Assembly (NCBI GenBank): GCA_041166225.1
Contig: JBEEFT010000184.1
Coordinates: 6,058 to 70,057 of the forward strand
Length of the DNA: 64,000 nucleotides
Direction of reading: 5' to 3'
Origin: Actinomycetota bacterium
GTDB lineage: Bacteria; Actinomycetota; Acidimicrobiia; Acidimicrobiales; JACCXE01
Shown in pieces: positions 36,355 through 46,320 of this stretch. The position numbers and the translations under genes are program-made. Under the pieces are notes generated by a model. It ran no database searches. It was given only the letters and a program-made list of their open reading frames with translations, and had not been told where the DNA came from. Within the stretch, counting starts at the first letter, position 1. Each line of letters starts with the position of its first letter.

Positions 36355-37091
36355 CGAACGTCGCGCTGTTTCCGACCTGCATCGTCGACGCAGTTACGCC
36401 CGCGGTCGGCTTTGCGACCGCGCGCGTCCTGACCCGTCGGGGGTGCGAGGTATCGGTAGCCGAACGGACCACCTGCTGCGGCCAACCGGCGTGGAACGCG
36501 GGACAGGCCGCGGCCGCCGCCACCGTCGCCCGGACAACGCTGCGGGGATTCGAGGAGGCCCTTTCGCACGGCGCGGACGCGATCGTGGTCCCGGCCGGAA
36601 GTTGCACGACGATGGTCCGGGTCTTCTGGGCTGAGTTGTTCGAGTTGGTCGGCGAGCACGACGCCGCCCGCCGCGCTCGCCTGATCGCGTCGAAGGTCTA
36701 TGAGCTCAGCGAATTTCTGCGCACGTGCGAACCCGTCGAGACCCAACCTCCGGTCGGCGAGCAGGTTCGCTATCACCCGTCTTGTCACATGCTGCGCGAA
36801 CTCGGTTTGCGCGACGAGCCGATCGCCGCATTGCGAGGGTGTGGCATCGACGCTGATCCGGGTCCCGAACGGTGTTGCGGGTTCGGGGGCCTATTCAGCG
36901 TGAAGTTGCCCGAGGTCTCGGTGGCCATGGCCGACGAGGTGCTCGACGATGCGGTGGCCGACGGTGCGACCGAAATCGTGACTGCCGACGGATCATGTCT
37001 CATGCAGTTGGCCACGCGCGCCGAGAAGCGAGGCCTGCCGTTGAAGTTCCGTCACCTCGCGGTCGCGATCGACGACGCGGAACAACGATGA
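36351..37091 (+). CDS. lutA: Lactate utilization protein A (Fe-S oxidoreductase with CCG domains)
   Basis: VALFPTCIVDAV...TCCGQPAWNAG and a second CCG motif, PERCCGFGG. The TTGA overlaps the upstream stop. Confidence 0.85.
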   Translation: MTNVALFPTCIVDAVTPAVGFATARVLTRRGCEVSVAERTTCCGQPAWNAGQAAAAATVARTTLRGFEEALSHGADAIVVPAGSCTTMVRVFWAELFELVGEHDAARRARLIASKVYELSEFLRTCEPVETQPPVGEQVRYHPSCHMLRELGLRDEPIAALRGCGIDADPGPERCCGFGGLFSVKLPEVSVAMADEVLDDAVADGATEIVTADGSCLMQLATRAEKRGLPLKFRHLAVAIDDAEQR

Positions 37092-38494
37092 CGACGCAAC
37101 CTATCGCCATCACACCACGGCTTCGGGCGCGCACTACGGCAGCCCTGGGCGATGAGCGGCTCGGGCGTGCGCTTTCGAACGCAGCAGACACCTTTGAGCA
37201 GCGGCGAGCTATTGCCACGGCCGCTTTCGTCGACCACGACCAGGTTCGCAACCACGCTCGCTCGATTCGCGCCGACGTGTTGTCGCGTCTACCCGACTTG
37301 CTCGAAGAGTTTGCAGATCGCGTAATCGCGGCCGGCGGTCACGTCTGCTGGGCCCCGACCGCGAGCGATGCAACGAATTACGTGCGCGATGTCGCCCGCC
37401 GCCGTGGGGCCAAGCGCGTCGTCAAGGGCAAGTCGATGCTGAGTGAGGAGATCGCGCTCAACCCGGCGCTCGAAGCCGACGGAATCGAAGTCACTGAGAC
37501 CGATCTGGGCGAATGGATCATCCAGGTTGCCAACGAAACACCGAGCCACATCATCGTTCCTGCCATCCATCGCGACCGCGGACAGATCCGCGACGCCCTC
37601 AACAAGGTGGCGGGTGGCGATCTCACTGACGTGCCCGAGGAACTGGCCGCGTTCGCGCGCGCGCAGCTGCGAGCCAAGTTTCTCGAGGCCGACATCGGGA
37701 TCACCGGAGTGAACTTCGGTGTGGCGTCGACCGGCTCGTGTGTGCTCGTCACCAACGAAGGCAACGGACGACTCACCAGTTCGGTGCCGCCCGTACACAT
37801 CGCGCTGATGGGGATGGAACGCGTTGTCGCCGACTGGGATCAACTCGACGTAATGCTGGCGCTCCTGCCGCGTTCCGCCACCGGTCAGGCGGTGACGACG
37901 TACGTGTCCGCCATGACCGGTCCGCGCAAAGACGGTGAACGCGACGGGCCCGACGAGTTCCATCTCGTGATCGTCGACAACGGTCGAAGTGCGGTTGCCG
38001 GTTCTGAGTTTGCCGAGATGCTGTCGTGCATTCGCTGCGGCGCGTGTCTCAACGTCTGCCCGGTGTACCGCCAGATCGGTGGCCACGCGTACGGGTGGGT
38101 GTACTCCGGGCCCATGGGCGCGGTGCTCACGCCGCTCCTCGCTCAACGCGAGTACACGACGGCGAACGAGCTGGCGAACGCGTCGAGTCTTTGCGGCGCG
38201 TGTTGGGAGGCATGCCCGGTCGGCATCCCGTTGCAAGACATGCTCCTCGCGCAACGCCGGCGCAACGCCGCCGACGTGCGCCCAACCGAAGAAGCAGCGT
38301 GGAACGCGTGGGCCGCAACGTGGTCGCGCACCGGCACGTACTGGGCGAGCCTGCGTACCGGCAACGCGGTGCAGCGCCTGCTGGGCGACAACTTGGCGCG
38401 GCTGCCGGGCGTCGGCCGCTGGACCGACGGACGCGCACTTCCGCCCGCCGCTGAAGTGTCCTTTCGCGACGCGTGGCGCCGAGGCGACCGATGA
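37088..38494 (+). CDS. lutB: Lactate utilization protein B (4Fe-4S ferredoxin-type, LUD domain)
   Basis: CIRCGACLNVCPVY and CGACWEACPVGIP are the cluster motifs. The ATG at 37088 overlaps the lutA stop (ATGA). Confidence 0.9.
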   Translation: MTTQPIAITPRLRARTTAALGDERLGRALSNAADTFEQRRAIATAAFVDHDQVRNHARSIRADVLSRLPDLLEEFADRVIAAGGHVCWAPTASDATNYVRDVARRRGAKRVVKGKSMLSEEIALNPALEADGIEVTETDLGEWIIQVANETPSHIIVPAIHRDRGQIRDALNKVAGGDLTDVPEELAAFARAQLRAKFLEADIGITGVNFGVASTGSCVLVTNEGNGRLTSSVPPVHIALMGMERVVADWDQLDVMLALLPRSATGQAVTTYVSAMTGPRKDGERDGPDEFHLVIVDNGRSAVAGSEFAEMLSCIRCGACLNVCPVYRQIGGHAYGWVYSGPMGAVLTPLLAQREYTTANELANASSLCGACWEACPVGIPLQDMLLAQRRRNAADVRPTEEAAWNAWAATWSRTGTYWASLRTGNAVQRLLGDNLARLPGVGRWTDGRALPPAAEVSFRDAWRRGDR

Positions 38495-39171
38495 CCTCCG
38501 TCCGCGAAACCGGCGACCGCGCCGCCTTCCTTTCCACCATCCGCCGCGCCATTGCGGCGTCACACGGACAGTTCACGCGTCCGGTCGAGCCATTGGTGTC
38601 GCCGTTACCGCTGGTCGAATACGTCGCAGAGCACGGGACGCTCGCAGAACAGTTCACAACCGCGCTCACGTTGCTCGGCGGCGTGGTGCGCAGGGTTGTT
38701 GACGGGACCACGCTCGCGGCAGTGGTCGACGACGCGCTCGGGTTTGCTCGACGCGACGACGAGCGGGTCCGGGTCGTGCTCAGTGACGATCCCGACTGCG
38801 ATCGACTGCGGTCGTGGCTGGCGCAGCGCGACGACGTCGAGGTGCTCGACTACGACAACGCAGCGACGGTTGCCACGGCGGATCTCGGGATCACAGGAGC
38901 GCGCGGGGCTGTAGCGCTCACGGGTTCGGTGGTGGTCGACGCCGCTTTCGCCGGGGGTCGTACCGTGAGCCTCTTGCCGCCTGTTCACCTCGTGTTGGTC
39001 GACGCGGCGTCGATCGTTGCCGCGCCGGGGGACCTTTGGCGCGCGATGCGCGCACCGATGCCGTCGAACTTGGTGCAGATCACCGGTCCCAGTCGCTCGG
39101 CGGACATCGAGTTGATCATTACCTTGGGTGTGCACGGGCCGCGCGCGCTTTGGGTCGGGCTTTTGACCTAG
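38491..39171 (+). CDS. lutC: Lactate utilization protein C (LUD domain)
   Basis: Its position and size after lutAB fit lutC. ..ADLGITGARGAVALTGSVVV... and ..GPSRSADIE are LUD-family motifs. The ATGA overlaps the lutB stop. Confidence 0.8.
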   Translation: MTSVRETGDRAAFLSTIRRAIAASHGQFTRPVEPLVSPLPLVEYVAEHGTLAEQFTTALTLLGGVVRRVVDGTTLAAVVDDALGFARRDDERVRVVLSDDPDCDRLRSWLAQRDDVEVLDYDNAATVATADLGITGARGAVALTGSVVVDAAFAGGRTVSLLPPVHLVLVDAASIVAAPGDLWRAMRAPMPSNLVQITGPSRSADIELIITLGVHGPRALWVGLLT

Positions 39172-39276
39172 TCACGGTGGCTTTTGTCCGGAGGGCGGAA
39201 GATTTCCAGATCTGAAGCGTTACCTCTGCGGGGCGTCATTCGCGGCTGCGAGTCATTCACTACAAGGAGCACACGC

Positions 39277-41094
39277 GTGCGCAAGATCCTGACGGCCTTC
39301 GTCGTCGCCCTCACCCTGCTATCGGCCGACCTGATTTGGTCCCAATCCGCTCAGGCGGCCGTGACGATCCCTAGAACCACGACGGGTGAAGCGATCATCG
39401 GATTCGACCAGGGCTTCCTGCCTGACGTCGGCGTTGGAAGCCTCCTTCACGGTCTCCCGGTAACCCGGCGCTCGGTGAACGGTTCGTTCGTCACCGTTGC
39501 GGTTCCGAACCTCGACATCGTGCGTCAAGTGATCTCACTCATTCCCGGCGTCAAGTACGTCGAGGACAACGGCACGATGAAAGCGCTCGCCACTCCCAAC
39601 GACGCCCGCTACGGCTCGCAGTACGGGCCGGCGATGATGGGTTTCCCTGCGGCGTGGGGGGCGATCGGTTACGGGTCGTCGGCGGTGAAGGTCGCCCTCA
39701 TCGACTCGGGTGTGCTCGCAACGCATGAAGACCTAGCCGGGCCTCGTCTGCTCCAGGGCCATGACTACGTCAACAACGACTCGGTGCCCGACGACACGTG
39801 TGGCCACGGCACGCATACCGCGGGCATCGTCGGCGCTACCGCTAACAACAACGTCGGTGTGGCCGGCATGGCGCAGGTCACGATCCTGCCGATGAAGGCG
39901 CTCGCGATGACCGGCGGCCTGTTCTCCAGCGGCTGCTCGGGTAGTTACGCCGCGATCGCACAAGCCATCATCGATGCCGCCGACCAGGGTGCGAACGTGA
40001 TCTCGATGAGCATCGGTGGAACGGCGTCGTCCACGCTCGAGAACGCCGTCAACTACGCCTACTCGAAGGGCTCGATCCTCGTCGCGGCCGCCGGTAACGA
40101 CGGTGCCTCGAACAGCATCGATTATCCCGGCGCGTACCCCAACGTCATCGCCGTCGGCGCGCTCGACAGCACCAAAACCAAGGCCAGCTATTCCGACATG
40201 GGCCCACAGATCGATATTGCGGCCCCGGGTTCGAACGTAATCTCCAGCTACAACGGCGGCACGGCGTCGTACTCATCGCTGAGCGGCACGTCGATGGCAA
40301 CGCCGCACGTCGCCGGTGCGATCGCTCTGGCCTTGAGTTGTGCGCCGGCCGGCACGACGCCGGCGCAGGTCACCAGCGCGTTGTACAGCACCGCCGAGGA
40401 TCTCGGGGCGACGGGCTTCGACCAGAGCTACGGCAACGGCTTGGCCCGTGCCGACCGGCTCGTGTTCGCGCTGTGCCCCAACGCACCGGCGCCGCCCAAC
40501 CAGAACCCCGTCGCCAAGTTCACCACCACCACGTCGGGACTCACGGTCAACGTGAATGGCTCGACGTCGAGTGATCCCGACGGCAACCCGTTGACATACG
40601 CGTGGGACTTCGGCGACGGCGGCACCGCTACAACCGCCACCGCCTCCCACACCTACGCGGCCGCGGGCTCACACACCATCACGTTGACGGTGAACGACGG
40701 CCGGGGCGGTTCGAACTCAACTACGTCGACGGTGAACCTCAGCACCGATCCCGATCCGGCTACGCCGACGTTGCTGAGCGGCCAAAACCAGGCGGTGTCG
40801 ATCAGCTCTACGCACGCAGACAACCACTACAAAATTTTCGTTCCGGCCGGCCAGACGCAGCTGCGTGTAGCGGAGAGTGGCCCCGCGTGCGGGGTGTTCT
40901 CGTGCTCGGTTGACTCCGACTTGTACGTGCGCCTCGGCGCGCGCGCGACGACGACGCTCTACAACTGCCGGGCCAACGCCAAAGGCAACGCCGACGTGTG
41001 CACGATCTCCACGCCGACGTCGGGCTGGTGGTACGTCGACGCCCACCGCAAGGGCGGCAGCGGCACCGTCTACATCACGCCGACTATCAGCTAG
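39277..41094 (+). CDS. Secreted S8 subtilisin-family serine protease with PKD and pre-peptidase C-terminal (PPC) domains
   Basis: AAGGAG lies 7 nt upstream of the GTG at 39277, and the signal is ..SQSAQA|AV. The catalytic residues are D (VALIDSGV), H (GHGTHTAG) and S (SGTSMATPHVAG). The PKD domain is DPDGNPLTYAWDFGDGG....HTYAAAGSHTITLTVNDGRG. The PPC-like tail is ..YKIFVPAGQTQLRV...DSDLYVR. Confidence 0.9.
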   Translation: MRKILTAFVVALTLLSADLIWSQSAQAAVTIPRTTTGEAIIGFDQGFLPDVGVGSLLHGLPVTRRSVNGSFVTVAVPNLDIVRQVISLIPGVKYVEDNGTMKALATPNDARYGSQYGPAMMGFPAAWGAIGYGSSAVKVALIDSGVLATHEDLAGPRLLQGHDYVNNDSVPDDTCGHGTHTAGIVGATANNNVGVAGMAQVTILPMKALAMTGGLFSSGCSGSYAAIAQAIIDAADQGANVISMSIGGTASSTLENAVNYAYSKGSILVAAAGNDGASNSIDYPGAYPNVIAVGALDSTKTKASYSDMGPQIDIAAPGSNVISSYNGGTASYSSLSGTSMATPHVAGAIALALSCAPAGTTPAQVTSALYSTAEDLGATGFDQSYGNGLARADRLVFALCPNAPAPPNQNPVAKFTTTTSGLTVNVNGSTSSDPDGNPLTYAWDFGDGGTATTATASHTYAAAGSHTITLTVNDGRGGSNSTTSTVNLSTDPDPATPTLLSGQNQAVSISSTHADNHYKIFVPAGQTQLRVAESGPACGVFSCSVDSDLYVRLGARATTTLYNCRANAKGNADVCTISTPTSGWWYVDAHRKGGSGTVYITPTIS

Positions 41095-41103
41095 ACAACT
41101 CGC

Positions 41104-42210
41104 GTGCTTGCCACGCGGCTGCCTGAGATGCTCGATGCGCTCGCGCGGCTCGTCGCGGTCGAGTCTCCGTCGGCCGATCAGTCCGCGTGCGCGCGTTGTG
41201 CCGATGGTGTCGCGGAGTTGGCTTCGGAACTCCTCGACGGCGCCGCGCCGGAACGAATCGTTCTAGACGGAGCCACGCATCTGCGCTGGATCTTCGGTGA
41301 CGCCCCTACGCGGGTCGCGTTGATCGGCCACTTCGACACGGTGTGGCCGATCGGCACTCTCGACGAGTTGCCGTTCAAGGTCGAAGACGGCCTGGCGTGG
41401 GGTCCTGGGTGCTTCGACATGAAGGCGGGGATCGTGCAAGGTCTCTTCGCGCTGGCCGCACTCGGTCCCGACGCGTTGAATGGCGTGGCGTTGCTGTTGA
41501 CTAGCGACGAGGAACTCGGTTCGCCGTCATCACGCGGCCTCGTCGAATACACCGCGCGCGGGGCGAGCGCGGCGCTGGTGCTCGAACCAGGAGTCGACGG
41601 CGCGCTGAAGACGGCGCGCAAAGGTGTCGCGCTCTATCGGCTCAAGGTGCACGGGCGTTCCGCCCACGCCGGCCTCGAGCCGCAGAACGGAGCGAACGCA
41701 TTGCTCGGGCTCTCAGCCGCGCTGCAGGAAATCACGACGCTGAACGATGTCGGACGGGGAACGACGGTCACCCCGACTACTGCGAGCGCAGGCACCGCGC
41801 GCAACGTTGTGCCCGACTACGCGGTGTGTGAAGTCGACGTTCGCGGTGAGACCGCAGAGGAGTTGCAGCGCGTCGACGGCGCGATGCACGCGCTATCGCC
41901 ACAGATCGATGGCACCTCCTTCGAAGTCGAAGGCGGTATCAACCGTCCTCCGCTCGATGCCGCGGCTTCAGTCGACCTCTTCGCGCGCGCGCAACGCATC
42001 GCGAGAGACATCGGTATGGGCGAACTGCGGGGCGCCGCCGTTGGTGGCGGCAGCGACGGGAACTTCACTGCGGGCATTGGTGTTCCGACACTTGACGGCT
42101 TGGGAGCCGTCGGCGACGGCGCGCACGCTCGGCACGAACACGTCGTGGTCGACGCGATGGCGCCGCGCGCCGATCTGCTCGCCGCGCTGGTGCGCGAGTT
42201 GCTGGCTTAA
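41104..42210 (+). CDS. M20/M25/M40-family metallopeptidase (carboxypeptidase G2-like)
   Basis: ..LARLVAVESPS.., ALIGHFDTVWP, GPGCFDMKAG, LLLTSDEELGS, ..GRSAHAG. Confidence 0.8.
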   Translation: MLATRLPEMLDALARLVAVESPSADQSACARCADGVAELASELLDGAAPERIVLDGATHLRWIFGDAPTRVALIGHFDTVWPIGTLDELPFKVEDGLAWGPGCFDMKAGIVQGLFALAALGPDALNGVALLLTSDEELGSPSSRGLVEYTARGASAALVLEPGVDGALKTARKGVALYRLKVHGRSAHAGLEPQNGANALLGLSAALQEITTLNDVGRGTTVTPTTASAGTARNVVPDYAVCEVDVRGETAEELQRVDGAMHALSPQIDGTSFEVEGGINRPPLDAAASVDLFARAQRIARDIGMGELRGAAVGGGSDGNFTAGIGVPTLDGLGAVGDGAHARHEHVVVDAMAPRADLLAALVRELLA

Positions 42211-43088
42211 AGCTCGTCGTCGTCGGCAAACATCGGCGTGATCGAGGGCACCACGCCGCTCGCCATCACCGCGTGCGCAACCGGCAGCGCGGCCTCGGCC
42301 AACGCGCGGGCCGCCTCTTCACCCATAATCGCAAGCGGTCGCGTCGCCAACTCGTCGGTGCGCGCTTCGATCGCCTGGAGGTAGGCACGACCCTTGTCGG
42401 TGGGGGCTCCGTCTCCGGCGACGAGCCCGCGCGATGCAAGCGCGTCGAGCGCGGCGTCCCACTCGACGTCGGGCCAGTTGCGCGTGCGCTGCAACGTCTC
42501 GCGCGGAATCGCCGTGTACGTCGACTGCATGACGAGCGCTTCACACGGGCCGATGCCGGCGTCGACCAATGCCGCAATGTGGCCGTCGCCCCGGTGTTCG
42601 CGAATCAGCGTCGCCGCCCACCATGCCGTTATGGGCGCGCCACCGTCGGGCCACTGCAATCCTGCGTGCGCCGCGAACAGAGGGCGGCCGCCCAAGTCGG
42701 TGGTCGCCGCTTCGGCCAGCGTCTTCGCCAGCGGGGCCAGCGTCTTCAGCTGTTCCACGTCGAGCGTTTTCATCGCGGAAAGCGCGTCGACCATCCCGTC
42801 GACGCGCGCATGCAGCACGGCGGCGGGCGTGGTGATCTTCCAACAATCCGGTACGGCGCGCTTCACGAGCGACGCATGAAAGTTGTAGAAGGTCGCCACG
42901 ATCATCTTCGGGCTCACGGGGCCCATCGCCGCGCTGCGGCTGGCGAAGTAGCCCATCCAGAACCCCTTCATGCCGACGGCGTCGAGCGCGGTGCGACTCT
43001 CGGCTGCGAAATAGGTGATCGCGTGGTACGGCTCGAGGCGACGCCAGATGCTGCGCGCCAGCGGCGCGAGTTCAGGAGCGAGCGTCAC
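42207..43088 (-). CDS. Conserved hypothetical protein
   Basis: A clean 293-aa ORF (..RRLEPYHAITYFAAESRTALDAVGMKGFWMGYFASRSAAMG..), coupled to the upstream SDR gene by a 4-nt overlap. I recognise no motif. Confidence 0.5.
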   Translation of the reverse strand: MTLAPELAPLARSIWRRLEPYHAITYFAAESRTALDAVGMKGFWMGYFASRSAAMGPVSPKMIVATFYNFHASLVKRAVPDCWKITTPAAVLHARVDGMVDALSAMKTLDVEQLKTLAPLAKTLAEAATTDLGGRPLFAAHAGLQWPDGGAPITAWWAATLIREHRGDGHIAALVDAGIGPCEALVMQSTYTAIPRETLQRTRNWPDVEWDAALDALASRGLVAGDGAPTDKGRAYLQAIEARTDELATRPLAIMGEEAARALAEAALPVAHAVMASGVVPSITPMFADDDEL

Positions 43089-43903
43089 GTCGTCTCACCG
43101 TGCAGGGTCGCCCGTAGCGCGTCGGCGCCGATGTACTGCTCCATCATCCCGTGCATATCGGGCCCGCGGCGCAACGTGTGACCGCCGTCGACCGCGATGA
43201 TCTGGCCCGTTGTCCACGCCGCCTCCGGGCCGGCCAAGTAGCGGACAGCTTCGGCGACGTCTTCGGGCGTGCCGGTGCGCCCGAGCGGCATCTGCGCGAT
43301 GTAGTCGCCTTGGATGAATTCGTTGGTCGTGATGGCGGCGGTCAGCTCGGTCGGCACCAGACCGGGACGGACGGCGTTCACGCGTACGCCGACCATTCCC
43401 ATCTCATCAGCAGTGTTCTTCACGAGCATCTCGACCGCAGCCTTCGACACGCAGTACGCACCCATGTAGCGGTGCGTCAGCGCGCCGGCGATCGACGAGA
43501 TCGCGACCATCGACCCGCCGCCCGCATTTGCGATCGCAGCACCGGCGTGCTTGAACGTGAGAAAAACGCCGGTGAGGTTGGTCTGCATCACGGCATTCCA
43601 CGTGGATAGTTCCGTAGTAGTGATCGCGCCCGCCGCTCCCATGCCTGCGTTCGCGACAGCGATATGCAACCCGCCCCCGTCAGCTGCCACCGTGACCGCC
43701 GCCCGTACCGACTCTTCGTCGGTGACGTCACAAACCGCGTGTCGCGCCGAGGCCGGCAACGATTCCATCGCAGCGGCGAGCTTGGATTCGGTGCGTCCGC
43801 AGATCGTGACGACTGCGCCGTCGGCTGCGAGCCGCTGCGCGATGGCCAGACCGATGCCTGAGCCTCCGCCGGTGACAAGCGCGTGTTGCCCGTCGAGTTT
43901 CAC
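43085..43903 (-). CDS. Short-chain dehydrogenase/reductase (SDR)
   Basis: GTG at 43903. LVTGGGSGIGLAIAQRLAADGA is the TGxxxGxG motif, followed by NAGMG and the YCVSKAA catalytic YxxxK. The 408-aa track ORF is over-extended into the antisense strand of the DUF2207 gene. Confidence 0.85.
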   Translation of the reverse strand: MKLDGQHALVTGGGSGIGLAIAQRLAADGAVVTICGRTESKLAAAMESLPASARHAVCDVTDEESVRAAVTVAADGGGLHIAVANAGMGAAGAITTTELSTWNAVMQTNLTGVFLTFKHAGAAIANAGGGSMVAISSIAGALTHRYMGAYCVSKAAVEMLVKNTADEMGMVGVRVNAVRPGLVPTELTAAITTNEFIQGDYIAQMPLGRTGTPEDVAEAVRYLAGPEAAWTTGQIIAVDGGHTLRRGPDMHGMMEQYIGADALRATLHGETT

Positions 43904-45711
43904 TACCAACCTCCTCCTCCGCCGCCGCCTCCGCCACCACCGGAGAAGCCGCCGCCGCCGCTGAATCCGCTGCCGCCCGACGCCGCCGGCGTCGACACAA
44001 TCGTGCCCGACGTCTGGACCGCGAAGCTCGACATCGAGTGCGCGAAGCCGCCGAAGCCGAACGCGTTCCACGAGCCGTACGGCGTGTACCAACCCATTCC
44101 CGGCGGCGGGTTGTCGCCGTAGATCCCGTGGAACGCGTTCGCCCAATGCTCGGTCTCGTGAAAGATGATCGCGTAGGGCAAGTACTTCGCGAAGATGTTC
44201 TCTTCCTCGGCGAACTTCATCCGATCGGCTTCGGCGGTCGCCATGTATTGCTTGAAGCCCATCGCTTGGTCGAGTGCCGCGCTGCCTTTGGCCGTGCGCG
44301 CTGGCATCCATCGATGCGCGGCCATCAGCACGATCGCCGCGACGACCAGCGGAATCGTGAGCAGGCCCGCATGCGTGAACGCCGCTACGGCCACCAACAC
44401 GCCAAGTGACCCGATGAGCGCCAAGATCCCAATCACGAGGTACTTACTGCGGACGGTGTCTGGCCGGCGAGCGAACCAACCGGTACGTACGCAGTCGGCG
44501 TAAAGGTTGTTCTGCACTGCGTGCAGATCCGACGCGAACGTGTTCTTGAGTTCAGACAGCAGCACCTCGTCGCGGCCGTCGAAGAGTCCCTTGAACAACC
44601 GCTCCTCGTAAACCAGCAGCTCAGCGTCGGCCGGCTTGGTCTTGGTGATCTTCCAATCGGCCTTGTGGAACAACCCGTCTTTCTCGGTCTCTTCCAACGT
44701 GAGGTACCCCCGTACGCCGAGGTCGACAATGGTTGCCGTGACGTCGAGCGGATCGGCCCGTTCGTCGATGAGGACACCGACCTGCGCAGGCCGGGCGTCG
44801 TCGGGTGGCCGATATTGCACCGGGCCGCCGTGACGGTCGAACATCGCGCGGCGTTCTTCCTGACCGGCGGCCGCGCCGACGGCGCGGTCTCGTCCCGTTT
44901 TCCAGATCAGGCGGAGAACCAAGAACAGCAACCCGACGAGCAGCCCGAACGAGCCCAACGCCGTCTTGGGGGTGACGGCGAAGGCACGTTGTATCGCCCA
45001 CTTCTCGTCGAGGATCGGCTTGAGGCCCGCCCGTTGGATCACGCCCTTGTTGATGCCGACGATCACCGACATGCCCTGCCCCGGGTACAGCACGCCTTGC
45101 GTGAAGTTGGCAGCTTGCGGCGATGCCACCTGAGCGCCATCGCACGGCAACGTCGACTGGTCGGGTCCTTGATAGCAGGCGACCTTGTTGATGCCGTCGG
45201 GGGCGGTGACGTGAATTTCGGTTGAGTCGATGGGCATTTGCCATCCGAATCCGACGACGTTCCAGTACAGCTCGTCGTGGTCGGCAAATGCGTTCAGCGC
45301 ACCGTGCAATACGTAGCTGATGGTGTAGCGGTGCTCGCCGGTGACGGTGTTGTCCTTGTCGCCGATCTTGAAGACCTTCTCGCGCCCGGTGTCGCTGATC
45401 GCGTTGTGGGCCGACGCGCCGATCGCGCTGACGCGAATGTTTGTCAGCTTGTAAACGCGCTCGTATTTGGGCTTGGGGTTGTAATCGAAGCGGACCTGGA
45501 AGTTCCGAAAGATGCCGTGGTGGGGCTCGTTGGCGAAGTCGACGTCGAGCGTTTCGACGACGTCGATCGTGCCGTTCCGCTGGATGGCCATCACGATCGA
45601 CTGATGGTCCATATGAAAACCGACGCTCTCGGCGCTCGCACTCCGAGCCGGGACGACGAGGGCTGCGACCGCCGCGACGAACACAAACGCGAGCGGTTTA
45701 GATGCGCGCAA
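43903..45711 (-). CDS. DUF2207-family membrane protein with a C-terminal poly-Gly tail
   Basis: Signal, then an extracellular domain, then 3 TM helices, then a cytoplasmic part ending in SGGSGFSGGGGFSGGGGGGGGGGGW. It follows a LemA gene, which is the classic pairing. The start is uncertain: TTG at 45711 overlaps the lemA stop by 14 nt. Confidence 0.75.
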   Translation of the reverse strand: MRASKPLAFVFVAAVAALVVPARSASAESVGFHMDHQSIVMAIQRNGTIDVVETLDVDFANEPHHGIFRNFQVRFDYNPKPKYERVYKLTNIRVSAIGASAHNAISDTGREKVFKIGDKDNTVTGEHRYTISYVLHGALNAFADHDELYWNVVGFGWQMPIDSTEIHVTAPDGINKVACYQGPDQSTLPCDGAQVASPQAANFTQGVLYPGQGMSVIVGINKGVIQRAGLKPILDEKWAIQRAFAVTPKTALGSFGLLVGLLFLVLRLIWKTGRDRAVGAAAGQEERRAMFDRHGGPVQYRPPDDARPAQVGVLIDERADPLDVTATIVDLGVRGYLTLEETEKDGLFHKADWKITKTKPADAELLVYEERLFKGLFDGRDEVLLSELKNTFASDLHAVQNNLYADCVRTGWFARRPDTVRSKYLVIGILALIGSLGVLVAVAAFTHAGLLTIPLVVAAIVLMAAHRWMPARTAKGSAALDQAMGFKQYMATAEADRMKFAEEENIFAKYLPYAIIFHETEHWANAFHGIYGDNPPPGMGWYTPYGSWNAFGFGGFAHSMSSFAVQTSGTIVSTPAASGGSGFSGGGGFSGGGGGGGGGGGW

Positions 45712-46270
45712 CGGGGGCTGCCTTCGCGTCGAGGTCGGCTTGGAAATATTCAGCGTTGCGAAAGCCCAGCGCCTTGGCGAACACGACAACCGGAAACGAC
45801 TCTTGACTGGTGTTGTAATTCCGCACGGTGCCGTTGTAATACCGCCGCGCAAACGACAGGTCCTCTTCGAGGGTCGCGAGCTCGTTCTGCAGCGACTGGA
45901 AATTCGTGTTCGCTTTGAGGTCGGGGTACGCCTCGGCGACTGCGAGTAACGAACCCACGGCCTGTTGGACCTGCTCCTCGGCCTGGCCCGTAGCCGCAGG
46001 ACCGCGCACGCGGGTGCGTGCCTCGACGACGCGCTGCAGCGTCTCCTGTTCGTGCAACTTGTAACCCTTCACTACCTCGACGAGGTTGGGCACGAGATCG
46101 GCGCGTCGTGTGAGTTGTACGTCGATGCCAGCCCACGCGTCGGCCACTTGGTTTCGCTGCTTTACGAGCTTGTTGAAGCTCTTCATCGCGAACAGCAGAA
46201 CCAACACCACCAGCACGCCAACGAGGATCAGAACCATTCCGCGGACGCTAGCTGGGGATACCGAAATCAC
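45698..46270 (-). CDS. LemA-family protein
   Basis: An N-terminal TM helix is followed by FNKLVKQRNQVADAWAGIDVQLTRRADLVPNLVEVVKGY..HE..TL..V..AR. An alternative start is the ATG at 46237. Confidence 0.85.
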   Translation of the reverse strand: MISVSPASVRGMVLILVGVLVVLVLLFAMKSFNKLVKQRNQVADAWAGIDVQLTRRADLVPNLVEVVKGYKLHEQETLQRVVEARTRVRGPAATGQAEEQVQQAVGSLLAVAEAYPDLKANTNFQSLQNELATLEEDLSFARRYYNGTVRNYNTSQESFPVVVFAKALGFRNAEYFQADLDAKAAPVARI

Positions 46271-46320
46271 AAGCCGGGTACCGCCCTGGAGTCATTCATC
46301 GACTTTGGAGGGACCGCGCC

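Noticed and set aside
36872-37087. The N-terminal 72 codons of ORF 36872..38494, considered as part of LutB.
   Set aside because: They overlap the 3' end of lutA in another frame and are Arg-rich. The ATG at 37088 overlaps the lutA stop (ATGA) and begins a typical LutB N-terminus.
43905-43975. The GC-rich triplet-repeat DNA encoding the poly-Gly tail of the DUF2207 protein, considered as a slipped-strand contingency locus.
   Set aside because: A Gly-rich C-terminus is a normal feature of DUF2207 proteins. The codons are mixed (ggc, gga, ggt, ggg) rather than a pure repeat, so phase variation is unlikely.
43904-44311. The 408-aa ORF 43085..44311, considered as a large SDR fusion protein.
   Set aside because: Its N-terminal 136 codons are antisense to the Gly-rich end of the DUF2207 gene. 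The SDR starts at the GTG at 43903 (VKLDGQHALVTGGGSGIG).
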